Below, piece after piece: positions 1 through 9,401 of a stretch of 64,000 bases of DNA. How positions within the stretch are numbered: position 1 is the first letter of the stretch; the number at the start of each line of letters is the position of its first letter. The notes beneath the pieces were generated by a model. It was not told the origin of the DNA. It ran no database searches and was given only the letters and a program-made list of their open reading frames with translations. The DNA comes from a virus. The translations under genes and the position numbers were made by a program. Location: positions 1-64,000 of the IMG/VR virus record IMGVR_UViG_3300043409_001318; one strand, given 5' to 3'.

Positions 1-2
1 AA

Positions 3-665
3 TCTCCTTTATATTCTGGTCTTGTTTTAGATTTAAAAAATGAAGATAAAACAAGTGATAGAACAAAACAAGTTAATTATTTAGAAGATCCAAACTTTGA
101 ATTCTTTGTTAAGAGAGTAGGGGAATATGGTTTTAAAGTAGACAAGAATATACCTTGGCGTATTGTATTTGATATTGAATCAATTAACGCAAGAAAGTAT
201 TTAGAACCATATGGATTAACAAACGTAAAACAATTTTTTGAAAAGTTCTATCAAAAAACAATTAATTTAGAATTACGATTAATACAAGAAGAAATCATAA
301 GAAGTTATAATGATTTTGTTAAATATAATCCAAAATACATAGAAGTAGTTAATTGCGAAGATATAGTAAAATATAGATTACCTTTAATAATAGAACAAGT
401 AAATATAGATGCTTATGAGTTAAGATGGAATAAATTTCATATGTTCTTAAAATTAAAAGAATTAAATATGATTAATAGTGAAGAAGAATACACTAAACAT
501 ATGAATAATCTTTCTCAAATATATTTTAGTGATAAAACAAGATTAACAGAATATGTTGAGAAAGAAACTAAATTTCTTAAAGCAAATGGATCAAATCCAA
601 AACTTTCTGCTGATTTTGGCTTGACCAGTTCCAAGGTTGATAGTAAACTCTACATCAAGTTCTAA
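3..665 (+). CDS. 5'-truncated conserved phage hypothetical protein
   Basis: The frame of ORF 441..665 is open back to position 3 (SPLYSGLVLDL...DPNFEFF...YGFKVDKNIPWRIVFD); the true start lies outside the window. Confidence 0.75.
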   Translation, partial: SPLYSGLVLDLKNEDKTSDRTKQVNYLEDPNFEFFVKRVGEYGFKVDKNIPWRIVFDIESINARKYLEPYGLTNVKQFFEKFYQKTINLELRLIQEEIIRSYNDFVKYNPKYIEVVNCEDIVKYRLPLIIEQVNIDAYELRWNKFHMFLKLKELNMINSEEEYTKHMNNLSQIYFSDKTRLTEYVEKETKFLKANGSNPKLSADFGLTSSKVDSKLYIKF

Positions 666-674
666 GGATACTAA

Positions 675-1820
675 ATGCTTGTTGAACCGCTCGATAATAA
701 GAATGAGTGCGTTGGCTTTTATTGCGAAGGACAAATTGTAAAAGAACCACCAAGTTTTACTGAGACTTGGAGTTATCACCCAGCATTTGAAAGTGATAGT
801 GAATATGCTTATTTGTATTGTAAAGACGACATTAATAAGTTTTGTCCCGAACTATACAAAAAAGATTGGAAGTATGTAAACGAACATATGAAGGCTTATT
901 TCAAGTCATTCATCGCTGCTAAAATTAATCTCGATCATAATTGTATTTTTGATATGATCCCTCATGAATTTCTAATTGAATATTATGAAGTAAAAACACA
1001 AATTGTAAGTCATATTCTTTCTAACTTTCCAAAACCAAAAGATTATGATTATCTTGTTGCTTTGTCCGAAGTTCTTTGGGATATTAAGTCTCGTCCTTTG
1101 AATGTAGATACAACTTCTTTAACAGAGAAGAAACACATTCAAAAGTATAATGATTTAAACCCTTATGTAAAATATGATATCTTTGGAACTAAAACAGGTA
1201 GACTATCAACTCAACCAAAGTCATTCCCTATTCTTCAGCTTGATAAAACACATCGTTCTATACTTCATCCTACAAATGATTGGTTTGTTGAACTTGATTA
1301 CAACGGAGCAGAAGTAAGAACTTTCTTGGCTCTTGCTGGTGTTGAGCAACCAGAAATAGATATTCACCAATGGAACGCAGATCACATTTATAATGGATCA
1401 AAAGATCGTGAAGAAGCCAAACTTTCTTTTCTTGCTTGGTTATATGGAGAAACTAAAAATGAAAAAGCTGAAGTCATTTACAATAAGCAGAAAGTTATTC
1501 AAGAATATTGGGACGGACAGAAAATTACTACATTCTACGGCATGGAAATACCTGCTGATAGTAAGCACGCTGTTAATTATCTTATCCAATCTACTTTCGC
1601 TCAGTTATCTCTTCGCCAAATGATTAAAGTGTTTGACTTTCTAAGAAGTCGTAAGTCTTATATTGCTTTTACGGTTCACGATAATATTGTAATTGATTTG
1701 GCCCAAGAAGATAAAAAAGATCTAAAGCAAATAATTGATATTTATTCTAATACTGATCTTGGGAAGTTCAAAGTAAACCTAAAAGCAGGGACAAATTACG
1801 GAGAATTAAAGAAGTTTTAA
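675..1820 (+). CDS. Minimal family A DNA polymerase (polymerase domain)
   Basis: TGRLS, motif A DYNGAEVR, motif B REEAKLSFLAWLYG, NYLIQST, motif C VHD. Confidence 0.8.
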   Translation: MLVEPLDNKNECVGFYCEGQIVKEPPSFTETWSYHPAFESDSEYAYLYCKDDINKFCPELYKKDWKYVNEHMKAYFKSFIAAKINLDHNCIFDMIPHEFLIEYYEVKTQIVSHILSNFPKPKDYDYLVALSEVLWDIKSRPLNVDTTSLTEKKHIQKYNDLNPYVKYDIFGTKTGRLSTQPKSFPILQLDKTHRSILHPTNDWFVELDYNGAEVRTFLALAGVEQPEIDIHQWNADHIYNGSKDREEAKLSFLAWLYGETKNEKAEVIYNKQKVIQEYWDGQKITTFYGMEIPADSKHAVNYLIQSTFAQLSLRQMIKVFDFLRSRKSYIAFTVHDNIVIDLAQEDKKDLKQIIDIYSNTDLGKFKVNLKAGTNYGELKKF

Positions 1821-1827
1821 CTATTTA
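1820..1827 (+). promoter_or_regulatory. ACTATTTA motif (candidate late promoter)
   Basis: Same octamer found upstream of about 11 genes; followed here by RBS AGGAG and ATG 1847. Confidence 0.55.
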
Positions 1828-1846
1828 AGTATGACAGGAGTTAAAA

Positions 1847-2203
1847 ATGGATCAAATTGTAATGCAGCTTATCCAGATGGAACAACAAATGCGTATATTC
1901 CACTGGCAAACAAAATCACATGCTCGTCATAAAGCGTTTGGTAAAGTATACTCAAACCTTGGAGATCTTATAGATACATTTGCAGAAGCTTGGATGGGAA
2001 GAAATGGAAGAGTACGAGTTACTGGACCAATTGAACTTCAAGATATTGGTGGAGACGTAGAAGGTATTGTAGATGGGTATATAGATACTCTTGTTGGCTT
2101 TACCGATATACTTGATCCACAAAAAGATACAGACCTTTTAAACATTCGTGATGAAATTTTAGGAGAGTTCAATAAACTTAAATACCTTCTAACCCTCAAA
2201 TAA
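1847..2203 (+). CDS. Ferritin/Dps-like four-helix phage protein (DUF5856-like)
   Basis: HWQTKSHARHKAF...Y..L.DLID.FAE..MG pattern. Confidence 0.55.
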   Translation: MDQIVMQLIQMEQQMRIFHWQTKSHARHKAFGKVYSNLGDLIDTFAEAWMGRNGRVRVTGPIELQDIGGDVEGIVDGYIDTLVGFTDILDPQKDTDLLNIRDEILGEFNKLKYLLTLK

Positions 2204-2217
2204 TGGATAACAAATAA

Positions 2218-3585
2218 ATGAAAAATACTATACTTCTTAAAGAAGGCAAAAATTATGCAGAGCTTACACTTCATTTTCCAGAAATGAAGGAACTTCAAAA
2301 ATTAATTGATCCACAAGATTTAGCTCCAAATGGTTTTGAAACTGAACCACATATAACTTTATTATATGGCTTTGATGATAGTGTAGTACCAGAAGATGTA
2401 CAGAAAATATTAGATAAAGTAAAGATATCATCGCTTAAAACAGATAAAATATCTTATTTTCCAGATTTTGGATCTGGAGAACCTTTAAAATTTGATATAA
2501 CTGATCCAGAAATAATGAATTTAAATAAACTATTACAAGCATTACCCCACCCAAGTACAACACACGAATATCGCCCTCATGTTACTATTGCTTACCTTAA
2601 AGCGGGTAGTGCTAAAAAATATGTTGAAGATCCAAGATTTAATTCATTAACGTTTGATTTAAAACCAAAAGAAGCAAAATACTCAAAAAATAAAGTAAAA
2701 ACTAAATTAAATTTAAATGAACAAAATAATACCCTAGTAATGGATAAAATACTTCAAAATTGGGATAAGTTCCTAAATGAGCAAACAGAGCCTTATCAAA
2801 GAAAGATGAAGGCAGGGCATAGTCGTAAAAAGAAAAGAGTTATAGGTCACGGAGGTCAAAAAGCTGGTCCTCCATATACCAAAAAACCTTCTATGGAACG
2901 TTCTAAATCTGCTCCTCCTATGGGAGAGGGTATATTAGATTTCTTTAAAAAAAAAGAAGAACCAATCACTATTCCTCCTTACACAGATTATAATGAAATA
3001 GGAAACACAGGAATATATGTTGGTAGATTTCCTATGGCTAAAGATAGTAAAGAAAATAGAGTATTCCAACCAGATGTATTAAAATTTGATAAAGTATATT
3101 TGGTTGCTGGTGAAGAAGTAGATTTCTTAAATGTAAGACAACCAAATGTTTTGAAAGAAAATGAAGGTAAAATAATTACTGGTAATTTTGATGATACTGC
3201 TACGCCAAAGTTAAACCAACTCCAAGAGATGGAAACTATGGCACAAGATATAGAAAAAGCAGAAGGACAAAAGATATTAGTTGCTTGTAGTGCTGGTAAA
3301 AATCGTTCATCAGCGGTAGCAGCAAGAGCAATAGTATTAAGAGAAGGTGGAATTAAAAGCGATCAAGACTTAGATCATATTGTTAATATGATAAGAAGCG
3401 CAAGAGGTCCAAGTGCCTTAGCTTATACTCACATGCATAAAACAGGTGCTGCAATTGATAAAAACAAACCACCTCAGCATGATGCCTTTATAAACTTTAT
3501 TAAGAATGGTCCATCTGCTCCCCTTGAAGAAGCCCTAAGAAGAGTTATAAGAAGATTGATTAGAGAGCAACATGGAAGAAAATGA
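2218..3585 (+). CDS. Fusion of a 2H phosphoesterase (gp57B/Acb1-like) and a dual-specificity/PTP-like phosphatase
   Basis: Two HxT motifs (PHITLLYG, PHVTIAYL); C-terminal CX5R motif ACSAGKNRS. Confidence 0.75.
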   Translation: MKNTILLKEGKNYAELTLHFPEMKELQKLIDPQDLAPNGFETEPHITLLYGFDDSVVPEDVQKILDKVKISSLKTDKISYFPDFGSGEPLKFDITDPEIMNLNKLLQALPHPSTTHEYRPHVTIAYLKAGSAKKYVEDPRFNSLTFDLKPKEAKYSKNKVKTKLNLNEQNNTLVMDKILQNWDKFLNEQTEPYQRKMKAGHSRKKKRVIGHGGQKAGPPYTKKPSMERSKSAPPMGEGILDFFKKKEEPITIPPYTDYNEIGNTGIYVGRFPMAKDSKENRVFQPDVLKFDKVYLVAGEEVDFLNVRQPNVLKENEGKIITGNFDDTATPKLNQLQEMETMAQDIEKAEGQKILVACSAGKNRSSAVAARAIVLREGGIKSDQDLDHIVNMIRSARGPSALAYTHMHKTGAAIDKNKPPQHDAFINFIKNGPSAPLEEALRRVIRRLIREQHGRK

Positions 3586-3976
3586 TACACCTAATTCAGT
3601 ATTGGTTATAGTTCAAAAAGGCAAAAAAATTCTTGTAGTAGAAAGATCCAAAACAGATGCTTGGATGCCTCTTCATTGGTCTTATCCGGGTGGTCATATT
3701 CAAAAGAATGAAACGCCTTATTATGCTGCGAAAAGAGAACTTGAAGAAGAAACTGGTATTAAAGCAAAGCATGTTGTATATACTGGAATTCGTAATACAG
3801 CTAACGGCAAAATGTATATCTATCTTTGTGATGAATTTGATAATGAAGTAAAATTAAACTTTGAACATTCAGATCACAAATGGATTACTTATGATGAAAT
3901 TGAAGACTTAAACAAGAAAACACCATTTATGAAACAAATTGCTGCTACTGCTCTTGAAATTCCTATGGGATACTAA
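3572..3976 (+). CDS. Nudix hydrolase
   Basis: Nudix box GGHIQKNETPYYAAKRELEEETGI. Confidence 0.9.
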   Translation: MEENDTPNSVLVIVQKGKKILVVERSKTDAWMPLHWSYPGGHIQKNETPYYAAKRELEEETGIKAKHVVYTGIRNTANGKMYIYLCDEFDNEVKLNFEHSDHKWITYDEIEDLNKKTPFMKQIAATALEIPMGY

Positions 3977-4782
3977 TGAATATAATTGGACTTGGTAAAA
4001 CAGGTTGTGTGATAGCAGAGAAATTTAGTAAGTATCCACAATATAAAGTATTTAAGTTATCAATAGAAGAGGGAAACATTGAAGAACAAACAACTCCAGA
4101 AGAATATGAGAGTAAAACAAGCCATGCTCCTTTTACTCTGGACGGTCCTATTGATTTTATTTTAAGTGGTGACGAAATTGTAATTGCTTCTTCCTTAAAA
4201 ATATTGGAGGGTTATAAAAATCATGAGATCAGAATTATATATATTAGACCTTCTCAACGCTTCACTACTGGATCTCAAAGAGCAACAGATAAGATTGTAT
4301 TTAATGTATTACAAGAGTATACACGTTCTAACAAGTTTGTCTCTTTCTATGTAATCAGTTATGAGATGGTAGCAAAAATGGTTGGTAAGATCCCGATTAT
4401 TGGATATTATGATAAACTAAATACGGTTATAGCAGATACAATCCATATGCTTAATTATCTCGATCATATTGAAGGTTCTATGGATACCTTTATGGATATG
4501 CCTACAACTTATTGTATGAAAACGATTGGTTTAATGGATATTGATACAGGAGTAGAAAACTTATTTTATGATCTTGACGAAGTAAGAGACAAGAGATACT
4601 ATTACTCCATCAACGAAGAGCAGTTAAACAATGATGGTGATTTGTTTGATAGTATAAACCAACAAGTAGAAGAAAGCATAACAGACCTTACCAAAGCGAT
4701 GTTCGGTGTTTATCCTTCTCAATACAAAGAAAATTATTGTTATGTTGTTTACTCTTCTCCACATATTCAAGGAATAAAATGA
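3976..4782 (+). CDS. Divergent tubulin/FtsZ-like protein
   Basis: N-terminal IIGLGKTGCVIA resembles the FtsZ/tubulin T1 loop; the GGGTGSG signature is absent. Confidence 0.5.
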   Translation: MNIIGLGKTGCVIAEKFSKYPQYKVFKLSIEEGNIEEQTTPEEYESKTSHAPFTLDGPIDFILSGDEIVIASSLKILEGYKNHEIRIIYIRPSQRFTTGSQRATDKIVFNVLQEYTRSNKFVSFYVISYEMVAKMVGKIPIIGYYDKLNTVIADTIHMLNYLDHIEGSMDTFMDMPTTYCMKTIGLMDIDTGVENLFYDLDEVRDKRYYYSINEEQLNNDGDLFDSINQQVEESITDLTKAMFGVYPSQYKENYCYVVYSSPHIQGIK

Positions 4783-5030
4783 AAGCGTATACAGGTATAT
4801 TTATGAAGAAAGATGGAAGTTCAAGGTCTATGAGTTTTGTTAAGGTAAAGGACTTGCCAGAAGCTTTCTTTGATGGTAAGATTAAAGGGACAGGGAAGCC
4901 AAGAACTCTGGCGGAAGGGTCCGAAATGGTTTATGATTTAGATGCTAAAGATTTTCGTGTCTTTAATCATAATACGGTCGTTGGCAACATTCTTGAAATA
5001 GAGCTTGACGATGATTTGCTAGTAGGATAG
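4779..5030 (+). CDS. WYL_2/DUF2693-like Sm/SH3 barrel protein
   Basis: FMKKDGSSRSM...YDLDAKDFRVF; ATG 4779 follows GGA. Confidence 0.55.
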   Translation: MKAYTGIFMKKDGSSRSMSFVKVKDLPEAFFDGKIKGTGKPRTLAEGSEMVYDLDAKDFRVFNHNTVVGNILEIELDDDLLVG

Positions 5031-5033
5031 AAT
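5005..5033 (+). promoter_or_regulatory. sigma70-like promoter for ssb
   Basis: TTGACG-N17-TAGAAT. Confidence 0.6.
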
Positions 5034-5097
5034 AACAATACGGCAGTTGAAGAGATTTGTTCAACTGATCTTAAAACAAACAACAAGGGGTATTAAA

Positions 5098-5889
5098 ATG
5101 GCACTAGATATGAGCAAGATGAAGAACAAGCTTGATAAGCTTGCTAACAATGGTAAAGAGGCTTCTACATCAGTAAGGTGGAAGCTGGAAGAGGGTCAAC
5201 ACTCTGTTCGTATTATTCCTACTGAAGATGGTGATCCATTCAAGGAACTTTACTTCCACTACAAGGTTGGTGGTAAGACCGTTCTTTGTCCCAAGAAGAA
5301 CTTTAATGATGAATGTCCTGTGTGTAATTTTGCTACACAGCTTTGGAAGGAAGGAACCGCTAGTGAAGATAAGTCAAGCCAGAAAATGGCTAAGGAACTA
5401 TTCCCCAAACAACGTTTTATGTCTCCTGTTCTAGTTCGTGGGGAAGAGGCTAAGGGTGTTCAAGTATGGGAATATGGCAAGCGTGCTTATGAAACTATGG
5501 TTGGACTTGTTCTCAATCCAGAGTATGGTGATATTACTGATCCACAAGATGGTCTTGACCTTGTAATTGATTATTCCAAACCTCCAATTGGAGCCAAAGA
5601 TCAATTCCCAGAGACAAAGATTACTCCTCGTCGTAAGTCTTCAGCACTTTGTTCACCAGAATATGGTGGTCCAGCTAAGTGTAAAGAACTTCTGGATACT
5701 ATCCCAGATTTCAGTAAGCTCTATCCTCGTCAAACCACACAAGAAGTCCAGAAGATTCTTGATGCTGCTTTAGCAACTGACGATAGCGCGGAAGATAGTA
5801 GCCGTGAAGTAATTCGCGAAGGTAAGTCAAAAAAGACAACTACAGGTGCAGAGTCAGTTGATTCTGCCTTTCAAGAATTCGCCAGCTAA
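5098..5889 (+). CDS. T4 gp32-like single-stranded DNA-binding protein
   Basis: VRIIP...FHY...VLCPK...CPVC, EYGDITDP, acidic tail; adjacent to recA. Confidence 0.75.
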   Translation: MALDMSKMKNKLDKLANNGKEASTSVRWKLEEGQHSVRIIPTEDGDPFKELYFHYKVGGKTVLCPKKNFNDECPVCNFATQLWKEGTASEDKSSQKMAKELFPKQRFMSPVLVRGEEAKGVQVWEYGKRAYETMVGLVLNPEYGDITDPQDGLDLVIDYSKPPIGAKDQFPETKITPRRKSSALCSPEYGGPAKCKELLDTIPDFSKLYPRQTTQEVQKILDAALATDDSAEDSSREVIREGKSKKTTTGAESVDSAFQEFAS

Positions 5890-5901
5890 TATACACTAAC
5901 T

Positions 5902-5938
5902 AAGCGGGTATATCTTTCGGGGTATGCCCGCTTTTTTC
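5902..5938 (+). terminator. Rho-independent terminator
   Basis: AAGCGGGTATATC/GGTATGCCCGCTT stem followed by a T-run. Confidence 0.8.
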
Positions 5939-5955
5939 ATAAACAAAGGAACAAA

Positions 5956-7086
5956 ATGGCTAGAAAATCTACAACTCAAACAACGACAAATGGTAAGCTA
6001 TCAATAGCTCAGTTAAGAGAGGCAATTAATAAGAAAGCGGGAATTGAAGTATCTTTTGATCTTTTAGAACAAAACCCCTCGGAAGTAGTTGAATGGATAC
6101 CAACAGGATCAGATGTTCTAGACTCAATTATTTGTAGAGGTAAAAAAGCTGGTATACCTGTTGGACGTATTACAGAATTGGCTGGTATTGAATCATCTGG
6201 TAAATCTTATTTTGCCGCACAAATAGCAGCTAATGCACAAAAAATGGGAATGACGGTAGTATATTTTGATTCGGAGTCAGCATTAGATCCTGCCTTTCTT
6301 TCAAAAGCAGGTTGTAATGTTGGAGAAATCATTTACACTCAAGCGATGAACATAGAGTTTGTTCTTGAAACTATCGAACAACTTCTTGGAGAAGGAGAAC
6401 ATTTCTTATTTATTCTTGACTCATTTGCTTTTACTCCTTCTCTTGCCGATCTTGAAGGAGATTTTAATCCACAATCTTCTATGGCTGTAAAACCAAGAAT
6501 TATGGCTAAGGGTCTTGCTAAACTTATTCAACCAATCGCAAATAAGAAAAGTTCGTTTCTTGTTCTTAATCAATTAAAACAAAACATTGTAATGGGACCA
6601 ACCGCTCATGTAGAAATGATGATAAACCCATACATTACTCCGGGTGGAAAAGCATTATCTTATTCATATTCTCTTAGAATTTGGCTTACACCTAAGAAAA
6701 GCAAAGCAAGTTTTGTTGTATCGCCAACTGGTTTTAGAATTGGATCAGAAACAAAATGTGTGTTAAAGAAATCAAGGTTTGGTACAGAAGGAAGAGAATG
6801 TTCGCTTAAACTTTTGTGGGGTGGAGAAAAGATTGAAGTATCCGATCATGAAGCTTGGCTTGATGTTCTTTCTAAATCCGATAGAGCCACAAGTGGAGCA
6901 TGGTGGAAACTTACTCTTCTTGATGGAACTACCAAGCAATTTAGATCAGCAGACTTTTCTAATGAACTTCAAAACCAAGATTTTAGAAATGCTGTTTTAA
7001 GTATTGTAGAAGAAGAACTTATTACTAAATTTGATAAACAAACGGGTAATGCTTCTAACTATTATAATATAGAAACAGAAGATTAA
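5956..7086 (+). CDS. recA: RecA/UvsX recombinase
   Basis: IPTGS, Walker A GIESSGKS, FDSE, LNQL, TPGGKAL, KKSRFG. Confidence 0.95.
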   Translation: MARKSTTQTTTNGKLSIAQLREAINKKAGIEVSFDLLEQNPSEVVEWIPTGSDVLDSIICRGKKAGIPVGRITELAGIESSGKSYFAAQIAANAQKMGMTVVYFDSESALDPAFLSKAGCNVGEIIYTQAMNIEFVLETIEQLLGEGEHFLFILDSFAFTPSLADLEGDFNPQSSMAVKPRIMAKGLAKLIQPIANKKSSFLVLNQLKQNIVMGPTAHVEMMINPYITPGGKALSYSYSLRIWLTPKKSKASFVVSPTGFRIGSETKCVLKKSRFGTEGRECSLKLLWGGEKIEVSDHEAWLDVLSKSDRATSGAWWKLTLLDGTTKQFRSADFSNELQNQDFRNAVLSIVEEELITKFDKQTGNASNYYNIETED

Positions 7087-7090
7087 AACA

Positions 7091-7134
7091 AAGGCTCTCT
7101 AAGGGTTGACTCTCTTAGGGAGCCTTGTTATTAT
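7091..7134 (+). promoter_or_regulatory. 15-bp hairpin whose loop is the -35 box of a sigma70-like promoter
   Basis: AAGGCTCTCTAAGGG-TTGACT-CTCTTAGGGAGCCTT; TTGACT-N17-TATTAT. Confidence 0.6.
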
Positions 7135-7158
7135 CTTGGTGTTGGAGAGAAGAACATC

Positions 7159-7575
7159 ATGGAGCCAGACCCGAAGCTGTCTAAGAAGAAGCAGCGTTAT
7201 ATTGAACTTGCAGCGCGTATTGCCCAGCAAACTGAATTCAAGGAGTATAAGCATGGTGCTATCCTTGTTCGTGCTGGTGCCGTAATCAATACTTCCTGTA
7301 ATAAGAATAAGTATAAGGCTTGGGCTAATCAGTTTCGTAAGAAGCAACATGGTCACGCTACTATTCATGCTGAGATTGGAGCTATTCTTGGTCTTGATCG
7401 TTCTCTAACAGAGGGCTCGACCATTTATGTTGTTCGCGTTGGTAAGTGTGGTGATTTGAAGAACTCTAAGCCTTGTCCTATGTGCGAAGCTGCTATGCAG
7501 TATGTGGGTATCAAGAAGGTTGTTTATTCCTCCGAAGATGGTAAGATTGAAACTATGAGGATTTACAATGAATAA
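7159..7575 (+). CDS. CMP/dCMP deaminase-family zinc protein
   Basis: HGAILV, HAEIGAI, PCPMC. Confidence 0.85.
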   Translation: MEPDPKLSKKKQRYIELAARIAQQTEFKEYKHGAILVRAGAVINTSCNKNKYKAWANQFRKKQHGHATIHAEIGAILGLDRSLTEGSTIYVVRVGKCGDLKNSKPCPMCEAAMQYVGIKKVVYSSEDGKIETMRIYNE

Positions 7576-7885
7576 GTATACTCCAAGCAAGTATGACCCT
7601 CACTCTTATCGTAATCCTTGGGAAACAGCCAAAGAGGGTTGCTGGGTTGTTAGAAAGAAAGATAATATAACTTCTACTCGCTACCTTAAAGATGAAGAAA
7701 TGATAGACGGCATGGAACAAATCCATTATGCTATGGCTGTTAGTAGTGATATAATGATGAACAAGATGTTAGATCTTCAAAATAGTGGTCGCTCTTTGTC
7801 TATTAGTGATATAGTGCTTGAAACTATCAATGAGATTGGAAAAGAAATCAACAGGAGGAAAAATGAGTTCAACGTGGGAAACTGA
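7568..7885 (+). CDS. Hypothetical protein
   Basis: ORF overlapping neighbours in operon fashion. Confidence 0.6.
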   Translation: MNKYTPSKYDPHSYRNPWETAKEGCWVVRKKDNITSTRYLKDEEMIDGMEQIHYAMAVSSDIMMNKMLDLQNSGRSLSISDIVLETINEIGKEINRRKNEFNVGN

Positions 7886-8234
7886 AATTACCGACAAGTA
7901 TCCAAAGACATTTGCCCGACTTAGGTATTTTGAATGTTCTGGTGGTTGGAAAGATCTTATTGCTGAAATCGCAGAAGTAAGCGAGAGACATAATAATACC
8001 CAGCAAAATAGTGATTATCATATTACAGCAGCACAAGTTAAGGAAAAGTTCGGAGGTCTTAGGTTTTATATTGATAGTGGAGAAGTATGCCCGGAAGAAG
8101 TTTATCTGGAAATCTCTAATGTTATTACCGAAGTAGAAGGTAGGTCTTATAAAACTTGTGAGGTTTGTGGAGAGCCAGCTATTAAAAGGAGAGAAAGGTC
8201 TTGGGTAAAAACACTTTGCGATAAGCATGTTTGA
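7863..8234 (+). CDS. Conserved phage protein (QVKEKFGGLRFY...CEVCG type)
   Basis: Motif recognised; RBS AGGAGG before ATG 7863. Confidence 0.7.
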   Translation: MSSTWETEITDKYPKTFARLRYFECSGGWKDLIAEIAEVSERHNNTQQNSDYHITAAQVKEKFGGLRFYIDSGEVCPEEVYLEISNVITEVEGRSYKTCEVCGEPAIKRRERSWVKTLCDKHV

Positions 8235-8448
8235 AAAAGGTAATTTAGTATGGATTAATAAATATAGTCCATCATTTACTTCACATCTATTAGCGGATAC
8301 TCCAATAGGGCAACAAACCTTATTTAAGGAGTATTCGCTTTTAGGTGTTATTATGGAAGTATACCCAGATATGTGTTATGTTTATACTACCGAAACTCAA
8401 AAATATAAATATATATATAAGGAGGATATTATTAAATGCCAAGACTAA
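8227..8448 (+). CDS. SH3/KOW-like microprotein
   Basis: MFEKGNLVWI...LGVIMEV. Confidence 0.5.
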   Translation: MFEKGNLVWINKYSPSFTSHLLADTPIGQQTLFKEYSLLGVIMEVYPDMCYVYTTETQKYKYIYKEDIIKCQD

Positions 8449-9398
8449 TGATCGTAGATGGATTAAATATGTTTATACGGGCTTATATAACAAATCCTTC
8501 ATTATCTCCAAACGGACAACCAGTTGGAGGAGTTATTGGAACAATTAATATTATCCAAAAACTTATTAAGCAAACTCAACCAGATCAAATTGTTATTTGT
8601 TGGGATGGTGAGAATGGTTCACAAAAACGTAAAAGTATGAATAAAGATTATAAAGAAGGTCGTAATCCTATTCGTCTTAATCGTGATGTAAGAAACTTAG
8701 ACGAAAACCAAGAAATTGAAAATAGGATTTGGCAGCAAACAAGAATAGCGCAATACTTTAATAATTTTCCTATTATTCAGTTTATGTATCCCAACATTGA
8801 AGCAGATGATTTAATTTCTTATGTTGCTACTCATTCTCATTATAGAGATTGGCAGAAAGTAATTGTATCCTCAGACAAAGATTTTATACAACTTGTTAAT
8901 GATAAAACTATTTTGTTTAGACCAATTCAAGAGCAAATTTTAACTACTAAGAAGATATTAACAGAATTTGGTGTTCATCCAAATAACTTTGCTTTGGCTA
9001 GGGCTGTTTCTGGTGATGCCTCCGACAATCTTAAAGGAGTTGGAGGGGTAGGAATGAAAACTCTTGCCAAGCGTGTTCCAATTCTTCAATCAAGTGAATT
9101 CTGCACGATAGATAAACTTGTTGAGTATTGTGCTAACCAAGATCAAAAGATTAAATGCTTTACCTCAATCGCATCAAACCGTGAGGCGATTAGCGACAAC
9201 TATCGCATCATGCAGTTAGCTTCTCCTCAAGTTTCATATCAAGTTAAAAGTCATATGAATGAAACGTTAGATACTTTTGAACCATTATTAAATCAATTAG
9301 AATATAAAAAAATGTCTATTCAAGATGGATTTGGAACGGTAGATCATACATTACTTATTACAACTATGAAGAGATTTGTGGCAAATGGAACTATATAA
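8436..9398 (+). CDS. 5'-3' exonuclease / flap endonuclease (PolA N-terminal or T4 RNase H-like)
   Basis: IVDGLN, WDG, EADD, SSDKDF, GDASDNLKGVGGVG. Confidence 0.9.
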   Translation: MPRLMIVDGLNMFIRAYITNPSLSPNGQPVGGVIGTINIIQKLIKQTQPDQIVICWDGENGSQKRKSMNKDYKEGRNPIRLNRDVRNLDENQEIENRIWQQTRIAQYFNNFPIIQFMYPNIEADDLISYVATHSHYRDWQKVIVSSDKDFIQLVNDKTILFRPIQEQILTTKKILTEFGVHPNNFALARAVSGDASDNLKGVGGVGMKTLAKRVPILQSSEFCTIDKLVEYCANQDQKIKCFTSIASNREAISDNYRIMQLASPQVSYQVKSHMNETLDTFEPLLNQLEYKKMSIQDGFGTVDHTLLITTMKRFVANGTI

Positions 9399-9401
9399 TG
9401 T

